Part shown: positions 1 to 12,268 of the stretch, piece after piece
Layout: each line of letters begins with the position of its first letter
Position numbering within the stretch: position 1 is the first letter of the stretch
Origin: Octopus sinensis
Taxonomy: Eukaryota
Direction of reading: 5' to 3'
Assembly: GCF_006345805.1 (NCBI RefSeq)
Contig: NC_043005.1
Span: 34,038,001-34,102,000, forward strand
DNA: 64,000 nt
Position numbers and translations under genes: made by a program
The notes under the pieces: generated by a model
The model's input: the letters and a program-made list of their open reading frames with translations, nothing else
The model's database searches: none
What the model was told of the DNA's origin: nothing

Positions 1-1440
1 GCTGTATTATCCTCAGAATGTTTGCTTATTTTAAACTTTGTTTGGTAGCTTTTAATCGCCCTGATAAGCCCATTATATTGGAGAAAATTTGTATCTAGTT
101 TAAGTAAATTCTGGAATTCTTCCAGGGTAGGGTAAGATCCATGTAAATTGATAAAGTCACAAATCTTGCTAACACCTCTCTCAAACCATGCAGGTAAGAA
201 GAGTGTCTCTTTTCCGACCCTTAAGTTTCTATTAAAGTAAATTTGTTCTGTTATGAATTCATCAAATGAATTAGGCTCCATCTTATTTATAAACTTGTCA
301 AAGGCAGAAATAAATCATGCCAAAAATAATTCCTGATAGTGTTAGCTAGTTTGCTCAGAAAAACATTACCAAATACAACTAAATTTTTCAGTTTTGTGGA
401 GGAAGCATGGCATAAGAGTTTCAATATGGATTCATAGTGAATGTCCATCAACTTTCTCAGCCAGGATAGTTTTAAAGAGTTGATGTAAACAAAAGCTTCT
501 ACCATACCAAGTCCACCTTCTTTACCAGGCTTACAAGCAAAAACTCTCTTAATTTTTCCGATTTTCCACTCCAGAGAAATTTAAATAATATTTTGTTTAG
601 TTCCTGAAGAAATTTACCCTGTGGATTTGGTAGAGTAAGGAAGAGGTAGTTCAATTTTGAAATGAGTAGTGATTTTATAACTGCAATTCTACTCATTGGT
701 GTAATTATTCTTTTCATCCTTCAATTAATTATTACCTGAATTTCAAATAATTTATTTGCAAAATTCTTTTTGGCCATGTCCTTTAAATCTATTGAAAATA
801 TTACACCTAGAAACTTGAAGTGACTTGGGTTCCCTTTTATATTTAAATTAGGTAAGTATCTGGCTTACACTACTCCTTCTTGAACCTATCCATATCACCT
901 GGGACTTATCATAGTTAATTTTAAGCCTGGATATATCAAAAGAAATTCAAGGTGTCTACTGTAGCTTCTAAAGACTCTTGTGAACCATCTAAAATGAACT
1001 CTGAATCGTCAGCATATTGCGTTAACAGATATTCTCCATCATCCACTGTAATTCTTTTAATATCTTGGTGTTTTTCTTATTAGACCAGCCAAGACCTCAA
1101 CGCATAGGATAAAAATATATCAAGAGAGAGGATTGCCCTGTCTACATCCCCACTCATCAGGGAACCAAGGAGACAATGTACCGTTAATTAACAGGCAACA
1201 TCTAGCACCATTGTACAGAATATTGAACCATCATGTCATCATGTCATCACCAAAGCCAAAAAAAGCTAGTGTCTTGTTTATAAATGACCATGAAACAGAA
1301 TCGAATGCTTTCTCAAAATCTATTAAAAACATTTCCAGTATGTCATTTGATTCTGTGTAGTTCATCAGATCATATATCAATCTTAGGTTGTCCCCAATGT
1401 ATCTGTTAGATAGGAATCCTGTTTGAACAGTACTAATCAA
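1..1440 (-). mobile_element. L1/Tx1-clade LINE remnant (RT and downstream region), fragmented
   Basis: Minus ORFs QTGFLSNRYIGDNLRLIYDLM...LIDFEKAFDSVSWSFINKTLAFFGFG (1231-1440) and RIAVIKSLLISKLNYLFLTLPNP...FKFLWSGK (499-717) are typical L1/Tx1 RT motifs; frameshifted; cut at ~1440 by an RTE insertion. Confidence 0.75.
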
Positions 1441-1449
1441 CTTTGGAAG

Positions 1450-3985
1450 GATACTTTTTTAGCCAGAGGGGAAGCAGATAAGAAAAAATTTGCCAATGTT
1501 TTGCACCGTGAGGACCAAAGACATGAGGTATTTTGTGTTAAAAGACAGTGTGTGAGAGAGAATCGTGATGTTGTAGGAGAGAAATGTGTTCGCATGGATG
1601 ATGGTTCACTTGCACTAAACGAGGCTGCAAAGAGAGAGGTTTGGAGACGCTACTATGAAAGGTTACTGAATAAAGAAAATGAATGGGAAAAAGAGAGTCT
1701 ACCCTATGTTGACCTAATAGGGACCAGCTATCTGAGTTGACAGTACCTTGGTAGGTTAAGCAATTAAGAGTATGAAGACAGGTAAAGACCCTGACCCATC
1801 AGGAATCACTGCAGAGATGCTCAAAATATCTGGCAGTGTTGGCTACAGCCTAGTCACCCGTATTGTTAACTAGGTGATACACAAAGGAGTCATACCCAAT
1901 GACTGGTGTAGCAGCACTATAGTCAACTGCTACAAAGGAAAAGGTGATGCTTTAGATACAAATAATTACAGAGGTATCAAGTTGTTATATCAGGTAATGA
2001 AGGTTACAGAGAGGGTCATAACTCAACTAATTAGGGAGAAAGTCAGTTTAGATGAGATGCAGTTTGGGTTCGTGCCAGGGAAAAGTACCACTGATACTAT
2101 ATTTTTGGTAAGACAGCTGCAGGAGAAATACCTAGCCAAGGATAAACCTCTGTACCTGGCTTTTGTTGACATGGAGAAAGCCTTTGACAGAGTCCCCTGA
2201 TCCCTTATCTGGTGGTCAATGAGGAAACTAGGGATAGATGAATGGTTAGTGAGAGCTGTGCAAGCCATGTACAGAGACGCTGTCAGCAAGGTGAGGGTTG
2301 GCAACGAGTACATTGAAGAATTCCGGGTAGGGGTCCACCAAGGTTCAGTGCTTAGCCCTCTCCTATTTATCATAGTCCTCCAGGCAATAACAGAGGAATT
2401 CAAGACAGGATTCCCCTGGGGGCTCCTCTATGCTGACAACCTTGCTCTAATTGCTGAGTCACTATCAGAACTCGAGCAGAAGTTTCTGGTGTGGAAACAA
2501 GGATTAGAATCAAAGGACCTTAGAGTCAACCTAGCTAAAACCAAAGTCCTAATAAGTAGGAAGGCAGGCAAACCACAAATCCCTTCAGGTAGATGGCCCT
2601 GCTTGATCTGTAGAAAAGGCGTAGGTAGAAACTCTGTAAGATGTACCCAGTGTAAGCTATGGACACATAAGAGGTGCAGCAATATCAAAGGAAGGCTAAC
2701 TGGGAAGATAGTTTTTGTCTGTGGCAGATTCTCTGGAGCAATAAACACTGAAAAATGTGCAGAGAACAACTTCCGCCACATTCCAGGGAGAAAAACTAGA
2801 AGTAGTTGATAGCTTCCGTTACCTAAGTGACCTAGTCAGTGGCAGGGGAGGGTGCACTGAAAGTGTAACTGCTAGAATAAGAATAGCCTGGGCAAAGTTC
2901 AGAGAGCTCTTACCTCTGCTGGTGACAAAGGGCCTCTCGCTCAGAGTAAAAGGTAGACTGTATGACGCTTGTGTACGAACAGCCATGCTACATGGGCTGT
3001 GACTGCTGAGGATATGCGTAAGCTTGCAAGGAATGAAGCCAGTATGATCTGATGGATGTGTAATGTCAGTGTGCATACTCGACAGAATGTAAGTACCTTG
3101 AGAGAAAAGTTGGATTTAAGAAGCACCAGATGTGGTATGCAAGTGAGACAACTTCACTGGTATGGTCATGTGGCGAGAATGGATGAGGATAGCTGTGTCA
3201 AAAAGTGCCGCACCCTAGTGGTTGAGAGAACCTGTGGAAAAGGTAGACCCAGGAAGACTTGGGGTGAAGTGGTGAAGCACGACCTTCGAACATTAGGCCT
3301 CACCGAGGCAATGACTAGTGACCGAGACTTTTGGAAATATGCTGTGCTTGAGAAGACCTGGCAAGCAAATGAGACCATAACCTCGTGGCATATGCTGGGG
3401 GTGTAACCAGCCCACTTATGTGTACCTTTCCTTCTTTGGACACAAAACTCTGCTTGCAAAGACCTGTTGAGGCAAGTGAAATCAAAATCAAATTTGATGA
3501 CTGGCATCCGTGGTATGGAGTACTAAGAGCTTCATCTGAGCGTGATCGTTGATAGAGCGGCTAACTGGCTTCCGTGTCAGTGGCACGTAAAAGGCACCAT
3601 TCGAGTGTGATCGTTACCAGCGTCGCCTTACTGGCACTTGTGCCCTGTGCTAGTGGGGCATGAAGAGCACCATTCGAGCGTGATCGTTGCCAGAGCAGCT
3701 AACTGGCTTCTGTGCCGGTGACACGTAAAAGGCACCATTTGAGTGTGATTGTTACAAGCCTCGCCACACTGTGCCGGTGGCACGTGAAAAAACATCGAGC
3801 AAGGTCATTGCCAGTACCCATGCTAGTGGCACGTAAAAGCACCCACTACACTCTCGGAGTGGTTGACGTTAGGAAGGGCATCCAGCTGTAGAAACTCTGC
3901 CAGATCAAGATTGGTTCGCCAGTCCTCAGTCAAATCGTCCAACCCATGCTAGCATGGAAAGTGGACATTAAACGATGATGATGAT
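1450..3985 (+). mobile_element. RTE-clade LINE copy A (5'-truncated, RT with internal PHD finger, 3' UTR, GAT tail)
   Basis: ORF pieces 1423-3406 with QFGFVPGKST, AFVDMEKAFDRVP, GVHQGSVLSPLLF, LLYADNL, CxxC..CxxC..HxxC, FRYL, GRPRKTW; tandem-repeat 3' UTR ending aacgatgatgatgat; disrupted by stops and frameshifts. Confidence 0.9.
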
Positions 3986-4000
3986 ATATATGTGTATATG

Positions 4001-4074
<74 letters not shown>

Positions 4075-4128
4075 GTATGTGTATATGTATATATATATAT
4101 GTGTATATGTATATATATATATATATTT
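3986..4128. repeat. (TA)n/(TATG)n microsatellite
   Basis: Seen directly; similar tracts at 4494-4720, 4910-4985, 35536-35702, 55570-55806, 62810-63010. Confidence 0.95.
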
Positions 4129-4157
4129 AAAAAAGGAGATGTGGAACACGAGTTATG

Positions 4158-4493
4158 ATATATAAAAAAGGAATGAAGAAAATGCTGACAAAATAATTTA
4201 AGTAATTTAAGTAATTTAATTAGGTGAAAGTTCTTTTTACCGGTTGCGCATTTGTTATGCTTATCAAAAGATGTTTTTTTTAAGAGAGATAGAGTTACTT
4301 TCTGATAGATTTTTTCCTCTTATCAGATAAGAGGAAAAAATCTATCAGAAAGTAACTCTATCTCTCTTAAAAAAAACATCTTTTGATAAGCATAACAAAT
4401 GCGCAACCGGTAAAAAGAACTTTCACCTAATTAAATTACTTAAATTACTTAAATTATTTTGTCAGCATTTTCTTCATTTCCTTTTTTATATAT
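4158..4493. repeat. Near-perfect ~335-bp palindrome, 1-nt centre at 4325
   Basis: ...ttttttcctcttatc A gataagaggaaaaaa...; arms are reverse complements out to tataaaaaagga(a)tgaag with one 1-nt indel seen. Confidence 0.92.
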
Positions 4494-4618
4494 ATATATG
4501 TATGTGTATATGTATATATATGTATGTGTATGTATATATATATATGTGTATATGTATATATATATATATGTGTATATGTATATATATATATATGTGTATA
4601 TGTATATATATATATGTG

Positions 4619-4659
<41 letters not shown>

Positions 4660-4909
4660 TATATATATGTATGTGTGTATGTATGTGTGTGTATGTGTGT
4701 ATATATATACATATATATACTGGCTGTTTGAAAAGTTGCCATATGTAGGAAAAATTTATTGTTTTATAAGAAACAGTTAAATAAAAAAAAAACTTTTTGT
4801 AAACTGATTCTGATAAAGAAATAATTTGTTTTTATGTATGGTGACTTTTGAATCACTCTGTATATGTTTATATACAGATGTATATGTTATATACAGATGT
4901 ATATGTATC

Positions 4910-4986
<77 letters not shown>

Positions 4987-5168
4987 TACAAAATTAGAGA
5001 ATGGAGAAACATACTTAAATCAATAAAACATCAACTATCAGATGATACCCAATCAATACTTTAATACACCATTACATATCAGCAAAGGCATTATACAAAA
5101 TATACAGTAAGAGTAAATAGACAAAGAGATATAAGTATAAAATTTCAAATATATGTAATTAAATCAAA

Positions 5169-5278
5169 TCTGACAGCTGTTTCGGCAGTGAGGGCAGTCA
5201 TACCTCATTTAACCTATAAGCCATAAAGGCAGGTATAAATGAGGCATTAACAAGGATGCCCCACGGCCTCTTCAGAGA
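5169..5278 (-). ncRNA. Minimal type I hammerhead ribozyme (Penelope pLTR/retrozyme type), intact catalytic core
   Basis: Minus strand: TCT-CTGAAGA(5275-5269)-GGC..long stem II..GCC-GAAA(5183-5180)-C-AGCT-GTC(5174-5172)-AGA; stem I TCT/AGA, palindromic stem III ACAGCTGT, GUC cleavage triplet. Confidence 0.72.
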
Positions 5279-5617
5279 ATTAAATTTGTTATAATTGTGA
5301 AAAAGATTATTTAACCATATACATATAAATATAAAAATATAAAAATGTAAAATATAAAAACTTATACATAAACTTCATAATGCTACACTTATATAATATA
5401 ATACTCATTGGTACAATAATGGAAGGTAAACAGAACAAAATAAAACAAAATATATATCAGTGTATATATTAATATTAATAAGCACCGATATTATACATAT
5501 TTGGCTAATAGTTTTTAAAAAAAACTAACACATAGGGAGATGAAAAATAATAATTAAAACCATGGTTCAGTTCATAAAATTATAAAGCTATAAAAGTCAA
5601 TAAAAATTACTATTAAT

Positions 5618-5651
<34 letters not shown>

Positions 5652-5729
5652 GATACAGTTATGTTTGCACCAAGTCCATCCTTTCAAGATCGAAATAACT
5701 ATGAGTTTAGAAATACTGACCAATATATA

Positions 5730-6392
5730 TACTAGCATTATGACCCGTCTTTGCCGGGTCATAGTGCTAGTGCATGTATATATGTGTATATGTGTACATA
5801 TTACAAGTACATCTCTATATATATATATATATACATCTACACATAAAATACAAAATACAAAGTTATATCTTGATATCGCTAGTGATAAAAATACTGAAAA
5901 TATATAACAGACTGGAATTGTAGGACTATTCTATTTCTGCACACTAATTTTATTTTTAATTTATTCCCATTCATGTGAAGCCACTTATTCAAGTTCAAAT
6001 CATTGATGCAATTTTATACCAATTGCTATTTTTACTTTTGTTATGTTACGATTATATTATACTTTAGTTTGATTTTAATTATTACTTACTACATATAATT
6101 CAATTGTTATTATTATCTCTAATTTTTATTGTTTAAGTGAAAGTATCTGACATAAAATAGAGAAATGTTTTTGTTTCACTTTTAACACGTAATACTGAAA
6201 TAGTGGAGAAGATATGATTTGCTATGGGCTTACTCTAGGCAAGAAGTTGAACATTTTGTTTTTGCCCATGAAACTACATGGACCCTAAGTAATGCAGGTG
6301 TAAAATTTGAATGAAATTGGTCGTGTAGTTCTCAAGTTTTAGGGAAACACACAGACAGACAGACACACATTCTCAGTTTTATATATATAGAT
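5730..6392 (+). mobile_element. Non-autonomous Helitron/Helentron (DINE/HINE-like) element
   Basis: 5' hairpin ACTAGCATTATGACCCG..CGGGTCATAGTGCTAGT, subterminal (ACAG)n tract, 3' end TTTTATATATATAGAT; family assigned from general architecture only. Confidence 0.55.
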
Positions 6393-6730
6393 ATTGAAAT
6401 CTCGAAAATGTGATATTTGAACATTTTTTGTTCAGAATCAGTTCCACCATAACCAAAAATGTGGGATTTTCTAAAAAGAAATTAATACATATCCATTTTA
6501 CTGGGAGGAATGATGGAAAAATTAGATGTGAATTTTTCGAAAGTCCCCTCTCAACCCGTCAGGCTCGTTAGCTCATTTTTTTTTTCTCATATTCATTTTC
6601 TACATACTTGTTAACACCCAGCAGGCTGGTGCATTTTCTTTTGTTCCCTGGTCAAGGTGTTTATATTGAGTGAATCAAAAAACAAACCAAAACAAATGAG
6701 TTGAAAAGTTGCAAGCACTGGGAAATGTCT

Positions 6731-6967
6731 CTAATGGCTATTGAGGCAGGCCAGCATGCTTGCAGCATTGCTATGGGTGATGGCGAGTGTAATGTGCTGG
6801 AACAGCCTAGTGCCTTCATGAGTGTCACCAGTTACCTCTGCTAGGTGAGTTGCCAGTGAAAACTGGAATCTCGCAGTTAGTGGTCTGACTCCACCAAATG
6901 TCTCAAACGTTACAGGATGGAAATGTAATTGGCCAACAGATTTCGGTATTTCAGGATTTTGTTCCAT
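6731..6967 (-). mobile_element. 3' fragment of a CRE-like (restriction-endonuclease type) non-LTR retrotransposon
   Basis: FHPVTFETFGG...LATHLAEVTGDTHEGTRLFQHITLAITHSNAASML resembles the CRE C-terminal F.P.A.ET.G...TGD.RE...QR.S.A.QRGNAAS pattern (recalled). Confidence 0.55.
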
Positions 6968-7467
6968 TCAGCTGTAGTACTTAGTGGCTGCTTTTTCTTT
7001 TTCCATTTTGTTGTTAATACCTTTGGAAAAACTGAACACAAAAACAAATTATTAAGAAATACATCATTGTTAGACAAATAATATTGCCAGTTTCATTTCA
7101 TTGGTAATATTAACAAACATTGTATTCTCAGGGGTTGTTCATTTTTTTAACATAGAAACCACATCTTCCTTTGGAAAATCAAATGAAAAATAGTTTTAGA
7201 AAAGGATATGTCCTTTTTGTGTTTCGGAAGAAAAAGCAAATAATTAGAAATCCAGGGATCTCACAATCCTTCTCTACCAAAAATGACCACCCCTCTAGAC
7301 ACAAAACATCTCTTTCCAAATGAATGTTTCACAAATTAATCTCCTAAATCTGTCGACCATTTCTGCTCCATTCAATATAGAGCCATGTGCTTATTTTGCT
7401 TGAACTGAATCTGGGTAGTAGAAGGACAGAAAAACTGATAACAGACCTTTTTAAATATGGTTTAAAT

Positions 7468-7678
7468 TGGTGGTTCTAATGAATTTTTTACCTATGGCCC
7501 CTTTGATTCCTATTTTTCTCAACTGGACCCCCCTCCCCTTTAAAAAATTCTATTTTACTTTTATAATTAAATATTATTGGGAATTGTATTTTAAAAATGT
7601 TAAAATATTTTGTGTATTGTTAAAATATACCCAATTTATTGCACGTAATCTTATATGGGCCACGGTTGAGAATCACTG
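7468..7678. mobile_element. hAT (Charlie-type) MITE
   Basis: Ends tggtggttct.. / ..ggttgagaatcactg (CAGTGGTTCTCAACC-type TIR); exact 8-bp TSD GTTTAAAT at 7460-7467 and 7679-7686. Confidence 0.8.
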
Positions 7679-7784
7679 GTTTAAATAAATGATTTCAGTC
7701 GAGGTGACAGCATTATGTTGCTGAAATCTCACTTACCTCCCATTTGTACTACAGTTCCTGTTTTTTCTGTCTTTCCAATTCCAG

Positions 7785-7909
7785 GTAAATGTGCTGTTCT
7801 TTGCCAAAAGCCGTGAATTAGTTGGAGAAAATAGAAGTGAAATCAGTATCACATCGAGATCTGTCACTACTGACCAACTAACTTCCTTTTTATTGGAGAC
7901 TTTTCCAAG
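7785..7909 (+). CDS. MOCS2A: Molybdopterin synthase sulfur-carrier subunit (MoaD), internal coding exon: VNVLFFAKSRELVGENRSEISITSRSVTTDQLTSFLLETFP(S)
   Basis: Polypyrimidine tract + ttccag acceptor, aag|gtaaag donor, phase 0/2; matches the V.VLYFAKS.E..G motif of MOCS2A exon 2. Confidence 0.93.
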
Positions 7910-9632
7910 GTAAAGTGAACAAGTGAGGTACTTAACTACAATATCAAATGTCACTTTTACTTTCTCATAATCAACGTTAATTTGTCATTCTGTCTTGTTA
8001 CTTTAGAATGGATTGGTAACTTAAGTTCATATTGAAGAAGTTACAGTTCATAACTGTCACATGCAGTGCTATACTTTATTTCAAACTAAAACACAGTTCG
8101 CAACATCTCAGTTCATCTAGCTGAAAATGAGTATCATGAAAGATACAGTTCATTGCTGCACACTAGATTCTAGTTGTCTCTCATCTTTTGGATTACTTCA
8201 CAAAAACTAACTAGCCTTTTCAGTGTCAGAAAATACTTCAGTAACGAATGGTAACCCTATACAAAGTTCAGATGAGATCGACAATGAAGGACTTTTCTCA
8301 CTTTTTGGACAGTGCTGCTACTTTACATTCAGCCATCCTAGAACTTCATCCACAATAAGCCTACCCTCTGGTTTTAACTTATATAAAGTTATCCACCATC
8401 ACAATCCATCCTCTGGATCATAAACCTGCTGTATCATCTTTCTCTCTCTCTCTTTTCTGCCACTATTACATTGGTTACTGCTCCTCAGACAGCTCATGTT
8501 GATTAGTCTCATTCCATATGGTCACAACAGGTGAGGATGAATTTCACAGAGATGGGGACTGACTGGGACACTGCTTGGAGGGTTGCCTAGGATGATCCAA
8601 GCAAATGCCAACAGCGCATGCCTCCATACCTGACCTGACCTCCTCTTCCTCCTCTGTCTCTATGATTGTTTTTCTCTCACTGTATGTCACATTCCTTAAC
8701 TCATTGCCTGCCACCAAGCTTAGTTGTGTACGCATTGTACCTCTCTTATTTTAATTTTCTCTCTGTATCTCTTACTCTTTCTCTCCACCTACCTTTATAT
8801 GACTGGAGGGACCAACCAACTGACATTTACATCAGCTACTATTGTAGAGATAGCACAAGGGATAAAACATGAAATAAATAAATATACGAATGAGATAAAA
8901 TAATTTTTTTTTTTATAATCAAGAGAGAAAACAGTGCCCATGACCCTTTATAAGGCCTCAGAGATCAATGGGAGGGAGAGAGTATCCTCAGAAACCTGGT
9001 CCAAATGCTTACAATAGGGTGAACTCTACTGAGATAATTTAAGGTCTCAGGTGGTGATGTTGTCAAGCTGGGAAACTGTTTAAATCTATCACCTTAGTAA
9101 GTTATGGTGGGATTTGAACTCAGAATGCAAAGAGCTAGAATAACTACTACAAAGCATTTGGCCCAATATTCTTACAGCCTGCCAATCCATTTTTAACATG
9201 TGGTATGTATGCCCTGGTGGCTAGTTTCTGTAATGGAGATAATCACTTTTTTTTTGTTTTTCTCTTATGAAGATCTTAAGATTTCTTCTTATGAGTACTC
9301 CTGCATAACACTATTTCATTCTTATTAAAAATCATCAGCATGACATAGCAAATTAAATAAATTAAACATTTTACAAAGCAAGGCATGACTTATAGATGGA
9401 AAATAATTGCAGTTTTATCAAGGATGAAAAGGCAAAGTTGAACTGGTAGGATTTGAACTCTGGGTACAGTGAATCATTTCTGCAAGGCTTTGTAGCTAAC
9501 ACTTTAATAACTGTCAATTTGCCACCATACTGAGAAATACCGATAAATATGATTACGCAGCTATTTAAAATCTACTTCAAAACTAGTTTACTACCATTAA
9601 AGTGTTGATATTGTTTATTTCTTCTTTTCTAG

Positions 9633-9756
9633 TTTAAAGCCTCTGAAACAGTCCATGATAATTGCTTTGAATGAGGAATATTTGTCTGAAGATGAAACCA
9701 TATGTTTATCAAATGGAGATGAAATTGCAATAATTCCTCCAATCAGTGGTGGATAA
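9633..9756 (+). CDS. MOCS2A: MOCS2A last coding exon: (S)LKPLKQSMIIALNEEYLSEDETICLSNGDEIAIIPPISGG*; exon continues 4 nt to the donor at 9761
   Basis: ttttctag acceptor, phase 2 fits the previous exon; diagnostic GDEIA.IPPISGG di-glycine C-terminus; TAA 9754-9756; tcca|gtgagt donor. Confidence 0.96.
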
Positions 9757-9838
9757 TCCAGTGAGTACCTTAATCTATTGGATAATCCTATGAGTAGTTT
9801 AACATGTTTGATAATCCAATGAGTAATTTAATATATTC
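9752..9838 (+). repeat. 3 x 29-bp tandem repeat spanning the MOCS2A stop codon and 5' splice site
   Basis: gataatccagtgagtaccttaatctattg / gataatcctatgagtagtttaacatgttt / gataatccaatgagtaatttaatatattc. Confidence 0.85.
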
Positions 9839-10789
9839 AGTATTTGAGACACCCTTTAACACTTTGCCTGTCCAAAGCATTTGTCCTAAAAGTCCATACT
9901 TGTTTTCAGATTTTTAGTTAGTCCTCGTTTCATATGTTCTGGGTAATATAAAACTTTCCTATCATAAAAAACAAGTTGATCAGGTGGTTTAAAAAACTGG
10001 AAATTTATAATCATGTATGATGCATGGATGTCAGAGAAATATGCCCTGTGTATCACAGGTGATACACAAGATGGGCAAAGGGTTAAAAAGAAGTTTGTTT
10101 TTTTCATAAAACAATTGTTTTTGTTTTAATCAAATTTTTATCAATATCATCATCATCATCATCCAAATGATTTCGACATCAATTCCCATTATGTAAAACC
10201 CATGTTCTGTGTCATCACTCTAAATTAGTTATATGTCTTACCATTAAAAGTCCTAGCTCCATCTCAATCATTCCTTTCTTCACTTCTAAAATGTGAATTG
10301 ACTTGTCACTTCTCTACAACAAGTAGACCTGTTCTGCTCAGGTTCCTTCCCTTAATTCTTCACCTCATAGTATAAAACATCCCCCTCAATGTCCATAGTC
10401 ATGCAAACATCACTGGTGCCAGTGTTATGAAAAAAGCAGCCAGTATGTTGTAAAGCGGTTGGAATTAGGAAGTGTATCCAGCGATAGAAACCATACCCAA
10501 ATAGATAATTGAGCATGATACAGTTTTTGTACTCATTGGATCCTGTCAAACCACCAATTGCAAACCAGCATGGAATATGGACATTAAATGATGATGATAT
10601 CTCCTAAAAGAACAAGATCATTGCATTAACCAGTATCATAAGTCTGGTACTTATTTTATTAATCTCTTTTGCTGAACTTCTAAGTTACAGAGATGTTAAC
10701 ACAACAACACCAGTTGTCGAGCAGTAGTGGGAAACAAACCCAGACACAATGACCCCTCCCCCACTATATGTATATATGATGGACTCTCC

Positions 10790-11068
10790 CATTGAAGACA
10801 ATGTATGAGCATTCAGTTTCTGCTGAATGACATGCACAAATGATATGTTTATAGTGATCAAATGTTTGTGCTGCACATTAGCTCACTCTCACTATCAAAT
10901 CAATGTTGTCTGAACAGATGCACTGTGTGCCGCACATCAGGTGCAAAGTGATTGCAGAGCAATGCAAGATGAAGTGTTTTGGTCAAGAACACAATGCACC
11001 ACCCGGTCTAGGAATTGAACTCACGATCGCTAGATTGTGAGTGCAACACCCTAACAGCTAAGCCATAC
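10790..11068 (-). mobile_element. tRNA-derived CORE-like SINE (related copy at ~45480-45722, minus)
   Basis: Minus head tggcttagctgttagggtgttgcactc..gagttcaattcc (A/B-box-like) followed by ttcttgaccaaaacacttcatc CORE-like segment. Confidence 0.6.
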
Positions 11069-12268
11069 GAAATACTTCTTTCAGTTTCTGTGTATTGAAT
11101 CCATTCACAAGGCTTTGGTCGGCCTGGGGCTATAGTTGGAGACACTTGCCAAGGTGCTACACTGTGTGTCTGAACTTGAAACCATGTAGTTGAGAAGCAA
11201 ACTTCTTACCACACTGCCATACCTGCACCTATAAGTTTCAATAAAACAAAGAGTACCCTTATGTTGATGGAGCCTGTTGTAACTAATGGAAATATTTTGA
11301 CATCTTGAATGAATTTTGTCTGTCACAAGCTGCTCAAGAGAAGCAGAATTTCAGAATGCAAATCTGACACTGAGAAACAGTTCATTGATGGTCTTGTCTT
11401 GTCCAGCAATGAAGGCATAGCTAGATTGTGTACTGCCTTGGGTAGTCCTTGGATATGCTATGCCCTCCAACTCTTGTCCTGCCCCCTATACAGTCTTATA
11501 CAACAGACCCCGAAATACTATCCCCATAAAAGTGTTACCTGGGGCAGAACCCCAACCTCACTAGCTATGTTTCTGCAGAAATCTGTTAATAAATGTTTTA
11601 AAAGGTGTTGGTTGTTTAGTTGTTTAGTTCCAGATCAGTTCTGTTGGTATATTTAAGACTACACTGTCAAATGTGTCTTTTCTCTTTTTAAAGTGGTAGG
11701 CTGTTATAGGAAGGGAATTTGGCTTTTACTTCTAGTAGATCACACTACTACATAGAGACTCACTTGATGATTTCATCATCATCATTTTAATGTCCACTTC
11801 TCCATGCTTGCATGGGTTGGATGGAGTAGATTGAGGCATTTTTTCTCTAGTTGTATGTCCTTTCTGTCACCAGCCCTCACCTGTTTCTGAGTTAGGTAAT
11901 ATTGCCCTTCGTCAAACATGTTCTTGCAGAATATCAGAAATGAATGATGTGTGTGTTTGACAGTGAAACTCATTTACAACTATCATGTGATGTCAACACA
12001 AAGAGATATAACCATACACATTCTCTCTCCCCCCTCTCTCTCTCACACACACACATACACTTCTAAATAGATATATACAACAGGCTTCTTTCAGTTTCTG
12101 TTAAAAGATCGTAAAACTTTGATGTAGTTTCAGAAAAGGAAGATGACCAGAAATCTTTAAACTGATTGCATAGACAAAATAAATGATGATTATTTAAACA
12201 TTTTGATAGGTTTTATTTTTTGTTAACTTTATCTGGTTTTTGTTATATTTTCTTTATTAGTTTCTGCA

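Noticed and set aside
3949-5064. YI/YV/CV-repeat ORFs (also 35613, 37541, 39114, 52884, 55389-55923, 62392-63183)
   Set aside because: Translations of TA/TG microsatellites.
1-7784. First coding exon and promoter of MOCS2A
   Set aside because: No convincing ATG + phase-0 donor or promoter-like region; the ATG at 7715 is out of frame. Probably upstream of the window.
9746-9751. Cryptic donor ca|gtggtg that would give an in-frame MoaD-MoaE fusion without SGG*
   Set aside because: Poor match to GTRAGT (no +5 G) next to a strong GTGAGT site; needs junction reads.
9790-9822. Intronic ATG AGT AGT TTA (MSSL), like the human MOCS2B N-terminus
   Set aside because: Closes after 10 codons, lies past the donor, and arises from the 29-bp repeat; human MSSL comes from a different, overlapping position. 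Coincidence.
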